A DNA stretch of 64,000 nucleotides from NCBI GenBank assembly GCA_016219865.1, contig JACRKF010000033.1, positions 123,954 through 187,953 on the forward strand, read 5' to 3'. Under the pieces are notes generated by a model. That model was not told the DNA's origin and did not search any database. It saw only the letters and a list, made by a program, of their open reading frames with translations. The position numbers and the translations under genes are program-made. This document shows, in pieces, positions 29,212 to 38,157 of this stretch. This DNA comes from Candidatus Woesearchaeota archaeon (lineage in GTDB: Archaea; Nanobdellota; Nanobdellia; Woesearchaeales; DSVV01). The first letter of the stretch is position 1. Each line of letters starts with the position of its first letter.

Positions 29212-29772
29212 ATGTTTATTAGGACAAAAATGATTAAAGGAAAGAAATATGCATATCTTGTTGAAAATAATTGGACACAAAAAGGTTCAAGGCAGAAAAC
29301 AGTAGAATATCTTGGAAAAATTTGCGAACTAGAAAAAACAAAAACTATCTTATTTGAAGAATTCATCACAAAGATGTATAACAAATCGATTGAAGAATAC
29401 TTTAATAACACTGCTAAAACAATTATTTACGATCTTATCTGTTGTGAGTTAGAAAAACATGGATTTTCTAATACATTGTCAAAAAATGTGTTTATAACAA
29501 ATAATATTGTTGCTGATATTACTAAGCCAAAATTCTTTAAGAACAATACAAGTGAAGCTGGTATGGATGTAGTGTTGAGGATAAATAATGAATATTTATG
29601 TCCATATACAATAAAAAGATTATTAAATTTAAGAATAGAGGGTGATGAACAATTCTGTGGTAAGCAATTAGCAGAAGCAATTGTTGCTGTGGGAATAGTA
29701 ACTGAACCAGATATTTTTATATTGCTTTTTGAGAAATTATATAAGGATGAGAAATTGGTGATCTCTGGATGA
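29212..29772 (+). CDS. Hypothetical protein
   Basis: MFIRTKMIKGKKYAYLVEN..RQKTVEYLGK N-terminus; overlaps the next start codon (ATGA). Confidence 0.65.
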   Translation: MFIRTKMIKGKKYAYLVENNWTQKGSRQKTVEYLGKICELEKTKTILFEEFITKMYNKSIEEYFNNTAKTIIYDLICCELEKHGFSNTLSKNVFITNNIVADITKPKFFKNNTSEAGMDVVLRINNEYLCPYTIKRLLNLRIEGDEQFCGKQLAEAIVAVGIVTEPDIFILLFEKLYKDEKLVISG

Positions 29773-30269
29773 AAGTAATAATCATAACAGGCACACCATG
29801 TACAGGTAAATCAACTTTAGCTAAAGAACTATCAAAATATTTGCCAGCAAAGCTTTTAGATGTTAATCAAGTTATTAATAAACATAAAATGAAAGAATCT
29901 TATGATAAATTAAGGGATACATATATAATTGACACAAAAAAGTTAAACAAAGTTTTAATAGGTTACATCACTCAAGAAAAAAAAGCAAAGACTCATTATC
30001 TAATCATAGAATCTCATTTATCTCATTATCTCCCAAGTAAATATGTAAGTCTTTGCATCATAACTGCCTGTGATCTAAAAATATTACAAAGTAGATTAAA
30101 GAAAAGAAATTATAATCAAGCAAAAGTGAGAGAAAACTTAGATGCAGAGATATTTGAAATAATCCATCATGAAGCAAAACAATCTCATAGAAAAATATCC
30201 AGAATAGACACAACAAAAGGAATAACTTTAAATAGTTTAAACAAAATAAAAAATCACATTACGAAGTAA
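29769..30269 (+). CDS. Adenylate kinase, AK6/Fap7 family
   Basis: ITGTPCTGKST, IIESH, RLKKRNY..KVRENLDAE. Confidence 0.88.
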   Translation: MKVIIITGTPCTGKSTLAKELSKYLPAKLLDVNQVINKHKMKESYDKLRDTYIIDTKKLNKVLIGYITQEKKAKTHYLIIESHLSHYLPSKYVSLCIITACDLKILQSRLKKRNYNQAKVRENLDAEIFEIIHHEAKQSHRKISRIDTTKGITLNSLNKIKNHITK

Positions 30270-30278
30270 GTGATTTTT

Positions 30279-31172
30279 ATGGGTATATTGAATCTATTTT
30301 CAGATGATGAGAAGCACATTAAAAAAATTGAAACATTAAAGGTGCAGTTATCTAACTCTTTTACAAATATCCGTAAAGATATTGAATTGCAGAATAAATG
30401 GATTAATTATCTCCATCAAAGTCATTCGCATCTCAAAGGGCATCATGATTCTCATAAAGAAGTTACAGCAAAGCAATTAGAGAACATTGCAGCGTGGATT
30501 AAACATCTAAATGATAATACGAGGCAGCATCAAGAAAGAGTTGAAACAGTAGAAAAACACATTCAAAAGGCATTCAAATTATACAATGATCACATTCGTG
30601 AGATACATAAAAAGTTAAATCAATTAGCAGTTCATCAATCACAGCATGAAACAGTAAATGTTGAAAAATTAAAGCGTGAAGCAGTTAGTGAATCATTATT
30701 GAATGTGGAGAACTCATTATCTCATATTAAACGGCAATTTAGTCATGAACTGCAGCAATTGGATGACTTAGTAAAGAAACAACAGCAGCAAGTGCATGAC
30801 ATTATAAAAAAAGAATTGACAGACATGGTTGCGCAAGCTGATAAACAAAAGACTATTATCAAAGAAGAACCAAGGCATTTGCAGCCATTACCTCAGCAGA
30901 TAACGCAGCAATATATTCCAAGCTATTCTTATGATCTATTGACTAATCCTGAAAAGAAATTGCTTTCAATATTGTTTAATGAGCAAGAACCATTAAGCTA
31001 TGAAAGTATATCGAATAAGACAGGCCATAGCATCAATACAGTCAGAGTAAATATGAATATTCTCAAAAAGAAAGGTTTCATTGAAGAGCACATGCTTCCT
31101 TCAGGTGTTAAATTATTCGTTCTGAACAACAAGGAAAAAATCAAGAAGATGTACAATCTGGAAATTATGTAA
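30279..31172 (+). CDS. Coiled-coil protein with C-terminal winged helix
   Basis: Long Q/H/K heptad region, then LTNPEKKLL...LSYESISNKTGHSINTVRVNMNILKKKGFI. Confidence 0.75.
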   Translation: MGILNLFSDDEKHIKKIETLKVQLSNSFTNIRKDIELQNKWINYLHQSHSHLKGHHDSHKEVTAKQLENIAAWIKHLNDNTRQHQERVETVEKHIQKAFKLYNDHIREIHKKLNQLAVHQSQHETVNVEKLKREAVSESLLNVENSLSHIKRQFSHELQQLDDLVKKQQQQVHDIIKKELTDMVAQADKQKTIIKEEPRHLQPLPQQITQQYIPSYSYDLLTNPEKKLLSILFNEQEPLSYESISNKTGHSINTVRVNMNILKKKGFIEEHMLPSGVKLFVLNNKEKIKKMYNLEIM

Positions 31173-31272
31173 GAGATTTTTGAAGAAATTCGCTACATGG
31201 TCAAGAAATATTTATTTACTGAACCATCGGTCATCATTACTTGTTTATCTTCTTCAAAATAGTTCTTCTTGT

Positions 31273-31652
31273 CATTACAATGCATTATAATGCTTCTTTA
31301 AGCTCTAATGTCTCTCTCATTCACAATCTGCATTGCAACATTCCCAACATTCCCGACATTATAATACCAACGTTTCCAATGCATTGCAATGCATTATAAT
31401 GCCTAAATCTTCCTTATTCTATCATTTTTCTCTTACTTTTCTTCATTCTTCTTGGTTATTCGTTATATCATTTTTTCAATCACTCACTTTAATCTCTTCT
31501 TTCGCATTAAACTGCTTATTTTTCAAGAAATTTCGCTGCGTATCTATACCACACATTAAACCATTTTTTTGCAATTTTTCCAATTTATTTGACTCTTTTG
31601 CATTGTAATGCATTGCAATGCATTGTAATGGGCATTGTAATGCATTACAATG
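31273..31652. repeat. Array of 10-bp palindromes CATTRYAATG flanking an AT-rich tract
   Basis: Exact copies at 31273, 31283, 31382, 31392, 31601, 31611, 31621, 31633 and 31643; degenerate copies at 31331-31381. Confidence 0.9.
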
Positions 31653-31748
31653 CTTAACTTTTCAAAAATTAACCTTGGCTTTTGTATTTGTTATGCACTA
31701 GCAAATACTCATCATCTTAAGCAAAAGTGAGAGCAATTCTAGAACTCT

Positions 31749-32699
31749 TTATTCTATAATCTCAACATCATCAATTATTCCATCGCCATCAAGATCAAAT
31801 CCCTGTACAACTGTTCCAAAACTCTCAACATTCTTCATTTTTTTAAACAATTCAGAATACTTAGTGAGTGCAATTATAGTAGATCTTGTTCCTATTGAGC
31901 TAATTCCTGCAGCTAGCAATACATATTTTTCATTATTGAATGGATTTTTGAACTTAGTAATCAATCCAATTGCTTCGTCGCTATATCTATTCTTTTCTGT
32001 AGCAATCTCCCATGGTTTCTTTAATATGAATTTAATTGGAGAATAGGTATTCATTTCTGCTGCAATCAAATTAGTTGCAGGTCCACCTATTATAATCAGG
32101 TTTTCTTTCAAAAGCTCACTATTCTTCATCTCAACATCGAGTTTAACAGTATTCTGGACAAATGTGCAATATCTGCCAAAAAACAAAGCTAAATCTAATG
32201 CAAAATGTCCATCTCTGCAACGAGCCTTAAATTCTCCATGTGGATCTGGGCTTCCAATCACAAAAAGTGAGGATAACACTCCTTTTTCAACAAAAGGGTA
32301 AAGCAAAGAATGTTCTTCAAATATTGGGTTTGAAACTAATTGTGAAAGATCCTGCCATTTTTGTGATAAAATTAAAGAAAAGTTTAATGCTTTTGTTTTA
32401 TACTTTTTTGCTATTGTTCCTCGTATCTCTTTTTTTTCAGCAACCTCTAACAAACCTTCTTTAATCATCTGTTTTAAGTGATAGTATATATTTTGCTCAT
32501 GCACTTTTAATTCAGCAGCTATCTCTGCTGTGTACAAAGCTTTTTTTGCAAGCAATTGTAAAATAGTGATTCTGACAGGATTATCTAATGAAGAAATAGC
32601 GCTTTTTGAAACATCTGCGCTTGGTGTAAAAAGTAATTTCCCTTTTTCCTCCTTTATTATGTAATACTGGTCTCTTTTCTCCATATCCTCTAGAAACAA
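31749..32699 (-). CDS. ArsR-type HTH regulator with C-terminal domain
   Basis: RITILQLL...EIAAELKVHEQNIYYHLKQM..EGLL; C-terminal LIIIGGPATN domain; divergent from glmM. Confidence 0.75.
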   Translation of the reverse strand: MFLEDMEKRDQYYIIKEEKGKLLFTPSADVSKSAISSLDNPVRITILQLLAKKALYTAEIAAELKVHEQNIYYHLKQMIKEGLLEVAEKKEIRGTIAKKYKTKALNFSLILSQKWQDLSQLVSNPIFEEHSLLYPFVEKGVLSSLFVIGSPDPHGEFKARCRDGHFALDLALFFGRYCTFVQNTVKLDVEMKNSELLKENLIIIGGPATNLIAAEMNTYSPIKFILKKPWEIATEKNRYSDEAIGLITKFKNPFNNEKYVLLAAGISSIGTRSTIIALTKYSELFKKMKNVESFGTVVQGFDLDGDGIIDDVEIIE

Positions 32700-32776
32700 G
32701 CGTTATTATATAAATTTTACGATTATTATCAATTCACTAATAATAATCGCTTCTCGAGTAAAGTCCATCTAATTCT

Positions 32777-32811
32777 AAAAAATAGTTGTACAAACAGTAC
32801 AACTATTTTTT
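32777..32811. promoter_or_regulatory. Perfect inverted repeat upstream of the glmM TATA box; candidate operator
   Basis: aaaaaatagttgtac-aaaca-gtacaactatttttt followed by tttattaa. Confidence 0.55.
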
Positions 32812-32850
32812 TAATTAAGTTTATTAATAAGCTGCTCAGTTCATTTCGTA

Positions 32851-34203
32851 ATGGAACGAAAACTATTTGGCACAGATGGAATAAGAGGAATTGCAAACAT
32901 TTATCCTATGACTGCTGAGGTAGCATTAAAGCTAGGTCAAGCAGTTGCAAAGGTATTGATTAACGAAAAAAAAGAATCTCCTAAGGTAATTATAGGTAAA
33001 GATACACGAGCTTCGGGTTATATTTTTGAAAATGCGTTAACTGCTGGTTTATGTTCAATGGGTGTTTCAGTCTACTTAGTTGGACCTATGCCAACTCCTG
33101 CAATCGCTCATTTAACTAAAAGTTTTGCAGCAGACGCAGGCATTGTAATCTCAGCTTCTCACAATCCTGCTGTAGATAATGGAATTAAAGTATTTTCAGC
33201 AGATGGTTTTAAATTGCCTGATGATGTAGAACAAAAGATTGAACAGATTATATTATCAAATAATATTTTCACAGAACATATAATTGGTGATAAAGTTGGG
33301 AAAGCATACAGAATTGAAGATGCTCGTGGCAGATATATTGAATTTGCAAAAGGAACAATTAACAATATTTCATTAAAAGGTTTAAAGATAGTGTTAGATT
33401 GCGCTCATGGCGCAGCGTATAAAGTAGCTCCATTGATATTCAAAGAGCTCGGTGCAGAAGTAATTGTTGTAAACAACACGCCAAATGGTTTAAACATTAA
33501 TAAAAATGCTGGAGCAATGCATCCTGAATTATTAAGAAAACATGTGCTTGAAAATAAAGCAGCTATAGGTATAGCATTAGATGGTGATGCAGATAGAGTT
33601 ATTCTTGTGGATGAAACAGGAAACATTGTCAATGGTGATCATATTCTTGCAATTATTGCATTATTTCTCAAAGAAAGAAAACAATTAAACAAAAATACAG
33701 TTGTAGCAACAGTAATGTCTAATTTAGGTTTAATTCAGTTATGTAAAGAAAATAAATTACAGTTAACACAAACAAAAGTAGGAGATCGTTATGTGATTGA
33801 AGAAATGCAAAAAAGTGGTGCAATTATTGGTGGTGAGCAATCAGGTCACATTATCCTTTCAGAATATACAACAACAGGAGATGGCACAATTGCCGCATTG
33901 CAAATATTGCGTATCATGAAAGAAAAAAATAGTAAATTATCCAAATTAGCATCAGTTCTTAAAGAGTATCCGCAAGTTATTATCAATGTTGATGTTAAAC
34001 AAAAGACTCCATTGGAAAAGCTTTCAGCAGTCTCAAAGAAAATAAAAGAAGTAGGAACTAAGTTAGCAGACAATGGAAGAATATTGGTGCGATATTCAGG
34101 CACACAAAATTGTTGCAGAATAATGGTTGAAGGACAAAATAAAAAGGAGATTACTAATTACGCAGATCAAATTGCTGCAGAAATCAGGAAGGTATTAAAT
34201 TAA
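32851..34203 (+). CDS. glmM: Phosphoglucosamine mutase
   Basis: FGTDGIRG, SASHNP, DGDADR, GGEQSGH, RYSGT. Confidence 0.95.
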   Translation: MERKLFGTDGIRGIANIYPMTAEVALKLGQAVAKVLINEKKESPKVIIGKDTRASGYIFENALTAGLCSMGVSVYLVGPMPTPAIAHLTKSFAADAGIVISASHNPAVDNGIKVFSADGFKLPDDVEQKIEQIILSNNIFTEHIIGDKVGKAYRIEDARGRYIEFAKGTINNISLKGLKIVLDCAHGAAYKVAPLIFKELGAEVIVVNNTPNGLNINKNAGAMHPELLRKHVLENKAAIGIALDGDADRVILVDETGNIVNGDHILAIIALFLKERKQLNKNTVVATVMSNLGLIQLCKENKLQLTQTKVGDRYVIEEMQKSGAIIGGEQSGHIILSEYTTTGDGTIAALQILRIMKEKNSKLSKLASVLKEYPQVIINVDVKQKTPLEKLSAVSKKIKEVGTKLADNGRILVRYSGTQNCCRIMVEGQNKKEITNYADQIAAEIRKVLN

Positions 34204-34215
34204 GAGGTATGCGCT

Positions 34216-35436
34216 ATGCAAAAACAAAACAAAACACTCAAAACGTTGCAAGCAGTTATTTTATGCGCAGGGAAAAGTACACGAACTTATCCATTAACCT
34301 TGACACGTCCCAAAGCATTATTATCAATAGCAAATAAACCAATAATCAAACATTTTTTAGATAATCTTGCTGGTTTAGTTGATGAAGTAATTATTGTAGT
34401 AAATTACATGAAAGAGTTAATTATAAAAGAAGTAGGAACAACATATAAGGGTATGAAAATAGTATTTGTAGACCAAAAAGAGATGGCAGGAACAGCAGAT
34501 GCAGTTATTGCAGCAGAGCAATATATCAAAAATAAATTTTTATTAATGTATGGCGACGATTTATATTCGCAAGAAGATTTCAAGCAGCTTTTAAAATATG
34601 ATTATGCATTATTAGCAAAAAAAGTAAGCAATCCTGAATTATTTGGAATAATTCAAACAAAAAACAACAAAGCAGTAGAAATCATAGAAAAGCCTGCTAG
34701 AAACATAGGTGATTTAGCAAATGTAGGTGTATTTATTTTAGATAAATCACTATTTTCATATAAAAATAAAATCAAGAAATCTCAAAGAAATGAATTGGAG
34801 TTAACAGATATGCTTTCTTTTATGATGAAAGACAAAAGTTTTTCAGTTGTTGAAGCTCAGCAATGGATTCCAATTACCTATGCTTGGTCGTTGTTGGAAG
34901 CAAATGAGATTCTACTAAGCAAAATCACAAAAAGTGAAATTAAAGGTGAAATAGAAAATAATGCAACAATTAAAGGCAATCTAATTTTAGGTAAGAATTC
35001 AATAATAAAAAACGGAGTTTATTTAGAAGGAACAGTTATCATTGGTGAAAATTGCGCAATTGGCCCAAATTGTTATATTAGAGGTCCAACAACAATTGGC
35101 AATAATTGTAAAGTTGGCAATGCAGTTGAAATCAAAGCTTCTATTTTATTTGATGGCGTTCATGTTGGTCATTTATCTTATGTTGGTGATTCTGTTATTG
35201 GAGAAAAAGTCAATTTTGGCGCTGGCTCAATCATTGCAAACTTGCGGCATGATAATAAAACAGTGCAAAGTTTCATCAATGGAAAGAAAGTTGATTCAGG
35301 CAGAAGAAAACTAGGAGCAATAATTGGAGATAATGTTCATCTTGGTATCAAGACAGCAATTTACCCAGGTAGAAAGATCTGGCCAAATGTTGATACAGCT
35401 CCTTGTGAAATTGTGAAAGAGGACAAAACGAAGTAG
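34216..35436 (+). CDS. glmU: Archaeal bifunctional sugar-1-P nucleotidylyltransferase/acetyltransferase
   Basis: LCAGKSTR..PLT..RPK N-domain, hexapeptide repeats, HLSYVGDS. Confidence 0.88.
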   Translation: MQKQNKTLKTLQAVILCAGKSTRTYPLTLTRPKALLSIANKPIIKHFLDNLAGLVDEVIIVVNYMKELIIKEVGTTYKGMKIVFVDQKEMAGTADAVIAAEQYIKNKFLLMYGDDLYSQEDFKQLLKYDYALLAKKVSNPELFGIIQTKNNKAVEIIEKPARNIGDLANVGVFILDKSLFSYKNKIKKSQRNELELTDMLSFMMKDKSFSVVEAQQWIPITYAWSLLEANEILLSKITKSEIKGEIENNATIKGNLILGKNSIIKNGVYLEGTVIIGENCAIGPNCYIRGPTTIGNNCKVGNAVEIKASILFDGVHVGHLSYVGDSVIGEKVNFGAGSIIANLRHDNKTVQSFINGKKVDSGRRKLGAIIGDNVHLGIKTAIYPGRKIWPNVDTAPCEIVKEDKTK

Positions 35437-35448
35437 CCATAAGCTTAC

Positions 35449-35488
35449 TTTTTTTGCAGGAGTGAGTGGGAACGAACTCGCAAAAAAA
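35449..35488 (+). repeat. GA-GA hairpin family, copy 5
   Basis: tttttttgcaggagt GA gt GGGA ac GA actcgcaaaaaaa. Confidence 0.7.
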
Positions 35489-35514
35489 TAAAAATGAACG
35501 GAGTGAATTTTTTT

Positions 35515-36165
35515 ATGATAAAAGCAGTAATTTTTGATATGGATGGTGTCATCATTAATTCAGAACCATTGCATGATGAATCTACAAACATATTATTAAA
35601 GAAATATAACATTACTATTCCGCAAGCAGAAAAAACGCAATTTTTTGGATTAAATGACAAGGATATGTTTAAGATAATAATTGCAAAACATAAACTAAAA
35701 AAAACACCAGAAGAATTAACAAAAGAGCGTGAGCTAATCTATTTTGACATAATCGACAAAAAAGGTTTAGAATTATTTCCAGGAATTCTGGAAACAATTA
35801 AGAAATTTTCAAAACGCTATAAACTGGCAATAGCTACATCAGCAGAAAAAACAAAAGTAGATTTCACTTTAAAGAAATTTAATCTTCAGCAGTATTTTCC
35901 TGTGCTTATCACAGCAGAGGATATTATTAAAGGCAAACCAGATCCAGAACCATATTGCAAGACAATAAAGAAGCTCAACATAAAGGCAAGAGAAGCAATT
36001 GTTATAGAGGATTCAGTCAATGGCATGAAATCCGCATTAGATGCAGGTTGCTTTTGCATTGCAGTAACAAATACATTTTCGGCAAAAGAATTGAAAGGAG
36101 CGGATTTAATTGTAAACAATGTCTCTGAAATTAATGAAAGTGTTTTAGCATTAATGGGGATATAA
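35515..36165 (+). CDS. HAD-family phosphatase (beta-PGM-like)
   Basis: FDMDGV, KPDPEPY, IEDS..G. Confidence 0.9.
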   Translation: MIKAVIFDMDGVIINSEPLHDESTNILLKKYNITIPQAEKTQFFGLNDKDMFKIIIAKHKLKKTPEELTKERELIYFDIIDKKGLELFPGILETIKKFSKRYKLAIATSAEKTKVDFTLKKFNLQQYFPVLITAEDIIKGKPDPEPYCKTIKKLNIKAREAIVIEDSVNGMKSALDAGCFCIAVTNTFSAKELKGADLIVNNVSEINESVLALMGI

Positions 36166-36216
36166 TCAATAATGATAATAATAATGATGAGTATAATTAA
36201 TTAGGGTGAAACAATA

Positions 36217-37959
36217 ATGTGTGGAATTGTAGGAATTATTTCAAAACATAATTTTTCAATAAAGAATAGTCTCTTAAAATCATTAAAAAAATTAGAATAT
36301 CGAGGTTATGATTCTGTAGGATTTGCAACAAAAGATGGAACAATAAAAAAAGATATTGGTTTCATTGATCCATTTATAGAGAAAACAAAAGATACAGAAA
36401 CAAACCTTGCAATCTCGCACACTCGCTGGTCAACTCATGGAGGAATAACTATTACCAATGCTCATCCTCATGCAAATAAGGAAAAAACAATTATTGCATT
36501 GCACAATGGAATTATAGAGAATTATTTAGAGATAAAACAAGATCTAGAATCAGCAGGCTACCTTTTTACAACGCAAACAGATACAGAAATAATCCCTCAT
36601 TTTTTCGATTATGAATTAAACAAAAAAAAGCAAACAATGCAAAAAGCAATCCAAGAATTTTTTAAACAAGTGCATGGAACATTTGCAATCTTATTGATTC
36701 TCAAAAATCAGAATATATTATACGCATTAAAGCGTGATTCTCCTTTAGTGCTTGGAATAGCGCAAGACAAGTTTATTTTTGCATCAGACATCTATGCATT
36801 CTCTGATGTAACAAACAAAGCAATATTTTTTGAGGATAATGAATATGCAATTGCAACGCAGGAGAAATTCACATTTTATGATAAAGAAGGAAATGAAATC
36901 AAAAAGAATGTCCAAGAATTTTCATGGTCAAAAGAAGAAGAATCAAAACAACATTATCCTCATCACATGATCAAAGAGATCAAAGAACAGCCAGAAACAA
37001 GCAATAGGTTAATTCAGTCTTTTGCAACTATCCAAAAAAACAGAATCGATAAACTTGTCCAATTAATCAGAGAAAGTAAATCAATTGTCTTTTTGGGTTG
37101 TGGCACAAGTTATCATGCTTCTTTGATTGGTGCAATTCTATTAAGTCATCAAGGTATTAATTGCAGAAGCAACATTGCAAGTGAAGCAGAAAGTTTTGTG
37201 AGCTACGACAAAGAAACACTTTGCATTGCAATCTCGCAATCAGGAGAGACAATGGATGTTATTTCAGAATTAAAGCGTGCAAAAGCAGTTGGCGCAACAA
37301 TTGCTTCTATTGTTAATGTGCCTTATTCAACAATTCAGCGTTTCAGTGAAACATCAATTGAAATTTTAGCAGGCCAAGAAGTTTGCGTTGCTGCAACAAA
37401 AACATTCACTAATCAGGTGATAGTTATGTTAGAACTAGCAAGAAGATTTGGATATAAAATAAATATGCAAACAATCTCTGAAAAGATAAAACAAACAATA
37501 ACAGACAACGAAGAGAAGATAAAACAATTAGCAGAAGAGCTTTGCAGAAAAAAAGATATTTTTGTTCTAGGTAAGGGCATGAGTTATCCAATGGCGCGCG
37601 AGATTGCTTTGAAATTAAAAGAGATTGATTATATCCATGCAGAAGGAATGATGGCAGGAGAATTAAAGCACGGCACAATTGCATTGATTGAAGAAGGCAC
37701 TCCTGTAATTAGTTTAGTGCCAAATGACAATAAAGATATGCTTTCTGCAACCCAAGAAGTAAAAGCTAGAGGCGCAAAAACAATTATAATCAGCAATCTA
37801 AAAGATAAGGGTGATATTATTGTGCCGCAATCAGATACAGCAGAATTTGCAATCTACGCTGGAATCATAGGGCATTTATTGAGTTATTATATTGGTGTAT
37901 TATTGAATGTTTCAATTGATAAGCCGAGGAATTTAGCGAAATCATGTACGGTGAAGTAG
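36217..37959 (+). CDS. glmS: Glutamine-fructose-6-phosphate transaminase
   Basis: MCGIVG, HTRWSTHG, SQSGET, ELKHG, PRNLAKSCTV. Confidence 0.97.
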   Translation: MCGIVGIISKHNFSIKNSLLKSLKKLEYRGYDSVGFATKDGTIKKDIGFIDPFIEKTKDTETNLAISHTRWSTHGGITITNAHPHANKEKTIIALHNGIIENYLEIKQDLESAGYLFTTQTDTEIIPHFFDYELNKKKQTMQKAIQEFFKQVHGTFAILLILKNQNILYALKRDSPLVLGIAQDKFIFASDIYAFSDVTNKAIFFEDNEYAIATQEKFTFYDKEGNEIKKNVQEFSWSKEEESKQHYPHHMIKEIKEQPETSNRLIQSFATIQKNRIDKLVQLIRESKSIVFLGCGTSYHASLIGAILLSHQGINCRSNIASEAESFVSYDKETLCIAISQSGETMDVISELKRAKAVGATIASIVNVPYSTIQRFSETSIEILAGQEVCVAATKTFTNQVIVMLELARRFGYKINMQTISEKIKQTITDNEEKIKQLAEELCRKKDIFVLGKGMSYPMAREIALKLKEIDYIHAEGMMAGELKHGTIALIEEGTPVISLVPNDNKDMLSATQEVKARGAKTIIISNLKDKGDIIVPQSDTAEFAIYAGIIGHLLSYYIGVLLNVSIDKPRNLAKSCTVK

Positions 37960-38076
37960 GATTATTGTATGTTTGGATAAGCTACTAAATCTCTTTAAAT
38001 CAGACGGACATAAATTTCGAGATTATCTTTATCGCTAACCGGAGCGTTAGCGAGATTTAGGTTTGGGTCTCCCAAA

Positions 38077-38116
38077 TAGTATTTTCTGAATGAACTAAGT
38101 GAATTCGAAAATACTA
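38077..38116 (+). repeat. GA-GA hairpin family, copy 6
   Basis: tagtattttctgaat GA ac TAA gt GA attcgaaaatacta. Confidence 0.75.
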
Positions 38117-38157
38117 ATCGCAATCCTTATTAATCAACTCTTTTTTCTACTTAATTC

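Noticed and set aside
29212-29772. IS1634-like transposase
   Set aside because: Only the N-terminal beta motif resembles it; too short, no DDE region, no terminal repeats, and coupled to adenylate kinase
31333-31608. 91-aa ORF
   Set aside because: TTG start, F/S-rich translation of the repeat and T-rich tract; likely spurious
31273-31652. CRISPR array
   Set aside because: Repeats are 10-bp head-to-tail palindromes with no unique 30-40-nt spacers, and no cas genes are in the window
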